From an uncultured Chloroflexia bacterium (GTDB lineage: Bacteria; Chloroflexota; Limnocylindria; Limnocylindrales; CSP1-4): a DNA stretch of 64,000 bases. Shown piece by piece: positions 55,715-62,982 of the stretch (position 1 is its first letter; each line of letters opens with the position of its first letter). The stretch spans positions 2,296,477-2,360,476 of the forward strand of contig OY970306.1 in NCBI GenBank assembly GCA_963716375.1. The letters run 5' to 3'. Both the position numbers and the translations under genes were made by a program. The notes beneath the pieces were generated by a model, which searched no databases, was not told the DNA's origin, and saw only the letters and a list, made by a program, of their open reading frames with translations.

Positions 55715-55794
55715 CGACGCGTCAGCCCGAACGGAGCTGGCGGTCGATGGGCACCCACACGCTCATGACCTTGCCTAAGCGGTTGAGCGTCGCC

Positions 55795-57669
55795 CTACTG
55801 GGTGACGGACCAGTTGACGGCGTCGATGGTGACGTAGCGCTCGAAGCTCGGCACTTCGACACCCACGACGCGCTTGTTGACGGCATGGACGCCGGCCAGC
55901 TGCCACAGGTACATCTGCGGGACGTCGTCGTTGAGGATCTTGGCGATCTGGTGGTAGGTGTCGTCCTGGGCGGCAGCGTCCACCTGGGTTCGAGCCTTCC
56001 GGAACAGAGCGCGAAGATCGCAGTTGTAGTAGCCGGACTGGGCGATCGGATCTTCGTCGCCACACTTGAAGTAGATCTCGGAACGGGACGGGCTGAGGCC
56101 CTCGCTGCCACCGGCACCGAAGGTCAGATCGTACTGGTCGCGGCTGGCGCTGCTCGTGAACATCGTGTTGTACGTGTCGATGTCGAGGGCGTTCAGCTCG
56201 ATCTTGAACCCGACTGCCTCAAGCTGCTGCTTGACGATCGGGGCGATCTTGCCGCCGTCGGCGAGATCGGTCGCGTACGCGAACCGGATCATCTTGCTGG
56301 GATCGAACTTGCCGTCCGCGACCGCAGCGGCGATCAGGTCCTTCGCCTTCTGCGGGTCGAACGGGTACTCGTTGAGGCCGTCGTAGGCCTTGAACCCCGG
56401 CGGGTTCCAGAGGATCTTGTTCTTGCCGCCCTCGAGCTGATCGTTGATCGTGCGCCGGTCGATGGCGTAGTACATCGCCTGGCGAACGCGCTTGTCGGTC
56501 AAGTCGACCGTGGGCGGCTTGAGGTTGAGCTTGTACTTTGCGTTCCACTCGACACGCTGTGCCGCTGTGTCCACGTTCGGCGTGAGTTCGAAGATGCCCG
56601 GTGCCTGGACGATCTGGACGTTCAGGATGTCCACCTTGGACAGTGGCTCGGCGTTGGTGGCGCCGACGTTGAGGGCAATGTCAAGCTCGCCGCTCTGGAC
56701 CTGGGCCAGGGCCGTGTCCGACTTGATGGCCTTGTAGAAGACGATGTCGAGCTTCGGCCTGCCGCCGTAGTAGTCCGGGTTGGCGTCGAACTCGATGTAC
56801 TGGTCGGGCACGATCGCCTTGACGGTGAACGGGCCGGTGCCGATCGGGGTCTTGTTCTTGAAGTCGCCCTTGTTGATCTGGTCGAGCGTCTGGCCCGTGA
56901 GGATGTGCTCGGGCATGATCACGCTCGGCGCGTCGGCCATGCTGCGCAGGAAGAACACGTCCGGCGCGGCCAGGGTGAAGACCACGGTGTAGTCATCGGG
57001 CGCTGTGACGCCCGGGAACGCCGCCGTGCCGCCGCAGACGGTCGCATCGGTCAGCGCCGCGTCGCAGGCCTTCTGGGCCTCCGCCTGGCCCTTGAGCGAG
57101 AACCACGCCGGCGGGAAGCCAACGTAACCGTTCGCGTTCTCAGCGGCCCAGGTGGCCGTGTAGACCACGTCCTTGGACGTGAACGGCGTGCCGTCCTGCC
57201 ACTTGATGTCCTTCCGGAGGTGGAAGGTGAAGGTCGTGGCGTCCGGCGAGATCTCCCAGCTCTCGGCCATGCGCGGCTTCAGGGTCTGGAGCGTCTTGTC
57301 GCTCAGGTCCATCGCCACGAGGGTGTCGAAGACGAGGTAGTAGAGCATGTACTGGTTGCTCTGGGCCTCGACGGGATGGAAGACGAGGGCCGCTTCCGCG
57401 AAGCGCGTGAAGCTGACCGAGCCGCCGGTGCCACCGGCCGCAGAGGGGGCGGCAGTCGCGGCGGACGTCGGAGCCGCGGTCGGTGCGGCGGTGGGCGCGG
57501 CCGTCGGAGCCGCGGTTGGCGCGGCCGTCGGAGCCGCGGTGGGGGCGGCCGTCGGAGCCGCGGTGGGGGCGGCCGTCGGGGCCGCGGATGGAGCGGGCGT
57601 CGCGCTGGACGAACACGCTCCCAGGATCAGGGCGAAGACCGCCCCAAGCGTGAGCCATTTTCGGCGCAT
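55795..57669 (-). CDS. ABC transporter substrate-binding lipoprotein, family 5 (peptide/nickel type)
   Basis: 624 aa from MRRKWLTLGAVFALILGAC (lipobox), with GAGGAG 5 nt upstream. An (APTA)x9 linker follows, then family-5 blocks (FTFHLRKDIKWQDGTPFTSKDVVYT). Confidence 0.9.
   Translation of the reverse strand: MRRKWLTLGAVFALILGACSSSATPAPSAAPTAAPTAAPTAAPTAAPTAAPTAAPTAAPTAAPTAAPTSAATAAPSAAGGTGGSVSFTRFAEAALVFHPVEAQSNQYMLYYLVFDTLVAMDLSDKTLQTLKPRMAESWEISPDATTFTFHLRKDIKWQDGTPFTSKDVVYTATWAAENANGYVGFPPAWFSLKGQAEAQKACDAALTDATVCGGTAAFPGVTAPDDYTVVFTLAAPDVFFLRSMADAPSVIMPEHILTGQTLDQINKGDFKNKTPIGTGPFTVKAIVPDQYIEFDANPDYYGGRPKLDIVFYKAIKSDTALAQVQSGELDIALNVGATNAEPLSKVDILNVQIVQAPGIFELTPNVDTAAQRVEWNAKYKLNLKPPTVDLTDKRVRQAMYYAIDRRTINDQLEGGKNKILWNPPGFKAYDGLNEYPFDPQKAKDLIAAAVADGKFDPSKMIRFAYATDLADGGKIAPIVKQQLEAVGFKIELNALDIDTYNTMFTSSASRDQYDLTFGAGGSEGLSPSRSEIYFKCGDEDPIAQSGYYNCDLRALFRKARTQVDAAAQDDTYHQIAKILNDDVPQMYLWQLAGVHAVNKRVVGVEVPSFERYVTIDAVNWSVTQ
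57466..57590 (-). repeat. 12-nt in-frame tandem repeat (about 10 copies) encoding (APTA)n
   Basis: The plus strand shows GTCGGAGCCGCGGT(G/C/T)GG(G/T)GCGGCC units with a 24-nt higher order. The protein reads APTAAPTAAPTAAPTAAPTAAPTAAPTAAPTAAPTAAPT. Coordinates are approximate. Confidence 0.8.
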
Positions 57670-57791
57670 GGTGACTCCTCGACATGCAGCGGCGCTGGAT
57701 GTGGTGGCGGGCGAGGCGGGCGGCGCTGGCATCTCCACTCCTCACTTGGAGACGCAACCGGCCGGCCGCGGTGAATGCTCGGCCCGAGAGG

Positions 57792-57820
57792 ACGCTAGCA
57801 CTCGCCCCTCGCAGCGTCAA
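57792..57820 (-). promoter_or_regulatory. putative promoter of the peptide-transport operon (-35 TTGACG, 17-nt spacer, -10 TAGCGT)
   Basis: The minus strand reads TTGACG-ctgcgaggggcgagtgc-TAGCGT, about 120 nt upstream of the ATG at 57669. Confidence 0.5.
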
Positions 57821-57821
57821 T

Positions 57822-57844
57822 ATTCACCCATTCCATTCACCCAT
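57822..57844 (-). promoter_or_regulatory. direct repeat ATGGGTGAAT-gga-ATGGGTGAAT abutting the -35 (candidate activator site)
   Basis: Two perfect 10-nt copies with a 13-nt period sit 1 nt upstream of the TTGACG hexamer, in a locally AT-rich patch of the 300-nt divergent intergenic region. Confidence 0.45.
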
Positions 57845-57970
57845 CCCGGTCGTCTCGATGGGCCCGCCGGCCGTCGCGATCGGACGTCCGTGCCCCTGCA
57901 GCGCCACTGCGGGGCGGTCATCTCGTTACCCTGATCGGCAGCAGCGTCAGCACAGCGATGGGAGCGAAGC

Positions 57971-59080
57971 GTGGCACTCGGCGCAACCGGCAAGAAGATC
58001 GAGCTCGACTCGGCTGGCATCGTCCGCCTGATCGACGTCCCCGTGCCCGAGACCGGGCCGAACGACGTGCTGGTCCGGACGACGCTCAGCCAGGTGAGCG
58101 CCGGGACGGAGATGAACGACGTCCGCCAGCGGCGCGCCGCAGCGCCGGCCGATCGCGCCGGCTTCGCCAGGATCGGCCTCGGGTACACCACGGTCGGAAT
58201 CGTCGAGCGGGTCGGCAAGAACGTCCGCGACTTCAAGGCCGGCGACCGCGTCCTGGGCCAGGGCAACCACGGCTCGTTCTGGGTCGTGCCATACGACCAG
58301 GCGGCCGTCGACTCGGGGCTCGTCAACTCGCCGCTGCTCGAGAAGGTCCCGGACAACCTCGAGGATGTCGAGATCGTCTTCGCCATGCTCGGCGACGTGG
58401 CCCTCCACGCCGTCCGCAACGGCAAGGTCCACCTCGGCGATTCGGTGGCGGTCTACGGCCTCGGCCAGATCGGCCTGCTCGCCCTCCAGCTCGGCGGCCT
58501 CGACGGCGGCCATCCCCTGCTCGGCGTGGATCCGTCCCCCAGTCGCCGGGAGCTCGCCAGGAAGCTCGGCGCGACTCAGACGTTCGACGCCATGGCGCCC
58601 GACGTCGTCGAGGCGATCCACGCGGCGACGACGATCCCCTTCTCCTTCAAGGACGACCAGTCGCACGGCCTCGAGCCGGGTTCGGGCGTGGACGTCCAGA
58701 TTCACACCACGGCCCGGCTCGAGCCGCTCGACACGATGTTCCGGGCGGCCGCCGACCGCGGCCGGATCGTGCTGGCCGGCACGCCGTCGGCCTGGCCGGA
58801 GCGGGGCCCGCGCGCCAACATCGGCGTGGACGAGTTCCTCCGCCGCGAGGTCAGCCTCGTCGGCTCCTACGAGACCGGCCTGACCCGCCCGCATCCGTAC
58901 TGGCCGTGGTCGCGCGCCCGCAACCGGGCCGTCGTGCTCGACCTCATCGGCCGGGGCAAGCTCGACGTCAAGCCGATGATCAGCCACGTCGTGCCCGCGG
59001 CCGAGGCGCCCAAGATGTACGACCTGATGCACCAGGGCCCCGAGGGCTGGATGGCGATCAACTTCCTCTGGAACCAGTAA
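57971..59080 (+). CDS. MDR-superfamily (zinc-type alcohol-dehydrogenase-like) oxidoreductase
   Basis: 369 aa with a GroES-like N-terminal domain (VLVRTTLSQVSAGTE). The Rossmann motif is VAVYGLGQIGLLALQL. The catalytic-zinc Cys/His ligands are not obvious. GTG start. Confidence 0.75.
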   Translation: MALGATGKKIELDSAGIVRLIDVPVPETGPNDVLVRTTLSQVSAGTEMNDVRQRRAAAPADRAGFARIGLGYTTVGIVERVGKNVRDFKAGDRVLGQGNHGSFWVVPYDQAAVDSGLVNSPLLEKVPDNLEDVEIVFAMLGDVALHAVRNGKVHLGDSVAVYGLGQIGLLALQLGGLDGGHPLLGVDPSPSRRELARKLGATQTFDAMAPDVVEAIHAATTIPFSFKDDQSHGLEPGSGVDVQIHTTARLEPLDTMFRAAADRGRIVLAGTPSAWPERGPRANIGVDEFLRREVSLVGSYETGLTRPHPYWPWSRARNRAVVLDLIGRGKLDVKPMISHVVPAAEAPKMYDLMHQGPEGWMAINFLWNQ

Positions 59081-59145
59081 CGCCAGTAACGCCGGGAGGG
59101 CGGGCCCGAGCGGCCCGCCGCCGACCCGTCCGAATGGAGGCGACC

Positions 59146-59619
59146 GTGCCGCGAGAGATCGAGATCGTGTTCGTCGACGACCAGGTCGTCGGCCGGGTCC
59201 TGCTGCTGGATGACGAGGCGCCGCGGACGTGCCAGGCCGTGTGGGACTCACTCCCCCAGGCCGGCTCGGGTTCGCACGCCATGTACACGGGGACCTCGGG
59301 GGCCCTCTTCTTCGAGGACTCGACGATCGGGGCGGACATCGGCCCGGAGAACATGACCACGAACATCCAGACCGGCGACGTGATGTTCACGCACTACGAC
59401 GCCGGCACGCGACACGGTCATCTGAACGCGCTGAGCGAGGTCTACTGGGCCTACGACCGCTACGTCCGGCCGATCATTCCGGGCCAGCACATCCCGGCGA
59501 TCGCCAACGTCTTCGGGCGGGTCATCGGCGATCCGGAGCCCTTCTACGAGATGTCGCGGCGGCTCCACTCCGAAGGGTTCAAGCAGATCGAGATCCGGCG
59601 CGGCCGCACGACGCCCTGA
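59146..59619 (+). CDS. DUF3830-like (cyclophilin-like fold) protein of unknown function
   Basis: 157 aa from the GTG at 59146 (GGAGG 5 nt upstream). An alternative ATG lies at 59134. EIVFVDD..V.GRVLLLDDEAPRTCQAVWDSLP resembles the DUF3830 pattern as I recall it. Confidence 0.55.
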   Translation: MPREIEIVFVDDQVVGRVLLLDDEAPRTCQAVWDSLPQAGSGSHAMYTGTSGALFFEDSTIGADIGPENMTTNIQTGDVMFTHYDAGTRHGHLNALSEVYWAYDRYVRPIIPGQHIPAIANVFGRVIGDPEPFYEMSRRLHSEGFKQIEIRRGRTTP

Positions 59620-59874
59620 GGGCGACGGCGAGGCGGCGGGCAAGGGCCGTGGGCGCGGCGGCCCGGCGGCCCGGCGCTTCGTCGCCTTTGCACACCGGGG
59701 GAGCACTGGCCACGATCGGGAGTCGGTCCAGGCGGGCCCGCGGTCAGACAACGTCCCGGGCCGTGCACGAATGGGGACGAATCGGAACGATTCCAGGGCC
59801 TGACTGGCCGGCCGCGCGATCGGTTCCGTCTCCAATGCTCCTGGGGTGAACATCAGCGACAACCGAGTCGCCCG

Positions 59875-61402
59875 TCAGCCGGGAGCCACGACCAGCGCGG
59901 TCGGGTCGTCGCGGCGGCGGCGAACGGGCCGCAGCACGTAGACGCACCAGGCCCCGAACGCGAGCACGAACAGGGTCATCTGCCCGACGGCGATCAACGT
60001 GATCGCCGCCTCCGAATGGAGGAGGTCGCCGAAGGGCAGGTTCGGGACGCTGGCTCCGATCCCCCCGAATCCTCCCCCGCCGGCCGGCCCACCCGGTCCG
60101 CCGCCGAACCCCTGGCCGCCGAACCCCTGGCCGCCGCCTCGGCCGCCGCCGATCCGACTCGTCGAGAGCGTCAGGACGGCGTGCAGGTTGGCCACGTTGA
60201 GCAGCCCGGTGGCGACGTACCACGCCGACCAGGCCAGGGACCCGACGGCGAGGAGGGCGCCCGTCGCGAACATCGGCAAGAGGTATCGCTCGTGGACGCG
60301 CGTCGGCAGCGCGAAGAAGGCGAAGGCCACGACCGTGAACCCGAGCAGGATCGCCGTTCGATCGTCACGGATCAGCAGGCCACCGGCAACCGCGAGGCCG
60401 ACCCCGCCGAGCAGGAGCGCGCCGACGGTGACGGCGCTGAGACCACCGAACACGACGAGGGAATCGGGCGTCCACTGGCCACCGACGCCGGCCCCGATCG
60501 TGGCGGCCAGCGAATCGGGTCCGACGAGGGCCCAGCCATTGAACGCGTTGGCCGTGAGCACGCTGAACTGGCCGGCCGTATCGGCCAGCAGGACGGCGAG
60601 ACCCGCAACGTGGCTGATGAGGGGCAGATCGGCCAGGGACGCCGGCGCCAGGCGGGGCAGATCGAATGGCAGGAGCGGGACGATGAAGACCGCAGCCGCC
60701 ACGAACCCGGCCGTGACGAGGCGGCCCGGCCCCTGCTGGCGCGTGAACCAGCCACCGAGCCGATCGTCGAGGCGGGCCATGCGCGGGCCGAGGACGGGCA
60801 CCGGCCCGGAGCCGACGCGGAGCAGGTGGCGCCGCAGCAGGACCGGGAGGACGACGACCAGGCAGACGAGATCCTGCGGCTTGACGAGGACCCCGATCAT
60901 CGCCATCGCCGCGGCCGGCTCGCTCCAGCCATCGATCAGGAGCAGCACCGCCGCGAGCATGACGAGCGTCCCGATCGAATCGACCTGACCCCACAACGCC
61001 GAGTCGTACCAGGTCACCGGGATGAAGAGGAAGAGGCCCGCAGCGAGCAGCGCCCGACGGTCGCCGAACCAGCGGCGCGCCGCCACGAACAGGAGTGCGG
61101 CGATCGCGATGTCCGCCAGCATCGCCGGCAGCTTCAGGAGCGCCAGGTCGACCTGCGCGGACGACACACCGAGGAGACTGCCGAGCCCATCGCCGAGTGC
61201 GCCGATGAGCCACAGGACGTACAGGTAGCCCGGCGGGTAATTGGCGCTGGCCGCGGAGGCGTAGAAATTGCCCGGTCCGACCCGGGCGATCGTCTGCGCC
61301 CACTGGCCGAACAGGCCGAGGTCGCTGGCAAGGCCCTGGCCCGGGAAGAGCACGTACGCGATGAGCGAGCCGCAGGGCGAGGCCGGCCGCCAGCAGGACC
61401 AC
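59875..61402 (-). pseudogene. GT-C-fold integral-membrane glycosyltransferase (ALG6/8- or PMT_2-like) with an apparent N-terminal frameshift
   Basis: More than 12 TM segments. Blocks: NFYASAASANYPPGYLY, KLPAMLADIAIA, WGQVDS and RVHERYLLP. The first helix is split between frames: VVLLAAGLALRL in the frame of ORF 60365..61402, then LIAYVLFPGQG in the frame of ORF 59875..61641, with the junction near 61362-61368. The C-terminus is Gly-rich (GGGRGGGQGFGGQGFGGGPGGPAGGGGFGG). Confidence 0.6.
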
Positions 61403-61660
61403 GATCGCCGGGACCGCGTTCCGGAGCCGGGTCCCGTCGTCGGACCGTCAATCGCCGTCGGGCTGCCGGCCGCGGCATGACGGCCGGCCGCATCGGGACG
61501 GCCGCTGCGGCCGTGTCGGCCGAGGTCATCGGGTGGAGCCGGCGCGTCAGGCCGGTGCGGGTTCGCATGATCGCCCATCAATAGGCGCGATTCGGCTGAG
61601 AAGACGCTGAAACGGCGGCGCAGGGCGGCTGGCGACCGCACGCAACCCGCGCCCGCGCCG

Positions 61661-62767
61661 TCAGACCCGGGCGGGCGTCCGCTCCATGGCCCGCCAGGCC
61701 TCCGGGACGATCTCGAGCGCCCGATCGATGTCGGCCTCGACGATGCCGTAGTGGGTCACGGCGCGGATCAGGTCGCCGACATGGGCGAAGGTCAGGACGC
61801 CGCGGTCCCACAGCTCGGCGACGAATCGCGCCCGGGTCTCGCGCCAGTTCGCTTCGTCGGAGCGGACGCGGAACATCACGAAGTTCGTCAGCAGGCGCGA
61901 GAGATCGACCTCGAGGAAATCGAACTGCGCGAGGCCCTCGCCGAGCCGGCGCGCCAGCGCGTGATCCTCCGCCAACCGGTCGATCATGCCATCGGGGCCC
62001 GGCTGGAGGGCCAGGACCCCGGCCGCGGCGATGATCCCCGCCTGGCGCATCCCGCCGCCGACGAGCTTTCGCGCTCGCCGCGCGCGATGAATGAAGTCGT
62101 GGTCGCCGGCGACGACGCCGCCGACGGGGCAGGCCAGGCCCTTCGAAAGCGAGATCATCACGGAGTCGACCGGCCGGCAGAGCTCCGACGCCGGCACGCC
62201 CAGCGCCACGACTGCGTTGAACAGGCGGGCGCCGTCGAGGTGGAGCGGCACGCCCCGCCCGTGGGCGATCGCCGCCACCCGCTCCGTGTACTCCACGGTC
62301 AGCGGCAGGCCCATCGACGCGTTGACGGTGTTCTCGATCGTGACCAGCGAGCTGATCGGGTCGTGGACGTCCTGGCTCGGATCGCGGAACGCGGCCTCGA
62401 TCTCGGCCGGGTCCAGCATGCCGTCGGGCCCGGGCTCGAGGCCCCGCGCGGACGCACCGACGAGCGAGGCGTACCCGCCCGCCTCGCCGGCGAGGCTGTG
62501 GGAATGGGCGCCGCCGATGATCTCGCCGCCCCGCGGCACCCAGGCCAGCATCGAGACGAGGTTGCCCATCGTGCCCGAGGCGACGAAGAGCGCCTCCTCC
62601 TTGCCGAGCAGCTCCGCCGCCCGCACCTCCAGCGCATTGACGGTCGGATCCTCGGCGTAGACGTCATCCCCGACCGGGGCCGCGGCCATGGCCCGGCGCA
62701 TCGCCTCGGACGGCTGGGTGACGGTGTCCGAGCGCAGGTCGATTTCGGTCAACGGCACGATTCGCAC
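61661..62767 (-). CDS. ltaE: low-specificity L-threonine aldolase (PLP-dependent)
   Basis: 368 aa: IDLRSDTVTQPS, VGDDVYAEDPTVN, FVASGTMGNL and SLSKGL (PLP Lys). GTG start. Confidence 0.88.
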   Translation of the reverse strand: MRIVPLTEIDLRSDTVTQPSEAMRRAMAAAPVGDDVYAEDPTVNALEVRAAELLGKEEALFVASGTMGNLVSMLAWVPRGGEIIGGAHSHSLAGEAGGYASLVGASARGLEPGPDGMLDPAEIEAAFRDPSQDVHDPISSLVTIENTVNASMGLPLTVEYTERVAAIAHGRGVPLHLDGARLFNAVVALGVPASELCRPVDSVMISLSKGLACPVGGVVAGDHDFIHRARRARKLVGGGMRQAGIIAAAGVLALQPGPDGMIDRLAEDHALARRLGEGLAQFDFLEVDLSRLLTNFVMFRVRSDEANWRETRARFVAELWDRGVLTFAHVGDLIRAVTHYGIVEADIDRALEIVPEAWRAMERTPARV

Positions 62768-62982
62768 CGGCGGCAGCGTAGGTCATGGCGGACAGTGTAG
62801 CGATCCCCGGGGGCGGCCCGAAACGCCAGCATGGCCCCGGCGACGACCCCGCGGTCGGCCACCGGTCGGCCTCGGGGTGGAGCCCGGCCCGGGCCTGCGA
62901 GGGCAGGGTGGCGTATGGCACGATCAGCCCGAAACCGCCGGTGCCGGGCACGGGTCCGACGGCGCGCAGGAGGAACGCTGAG

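Noticed and set aside
55747-57774. 675-aa plus-strand ORF antisense to the substrate-binding protein gene
   Set aside because: It is antisense to a gene with a lipobox and family-5 SBP motifs. Its own translation is Gly/Arg/Asp/Val low complexity.
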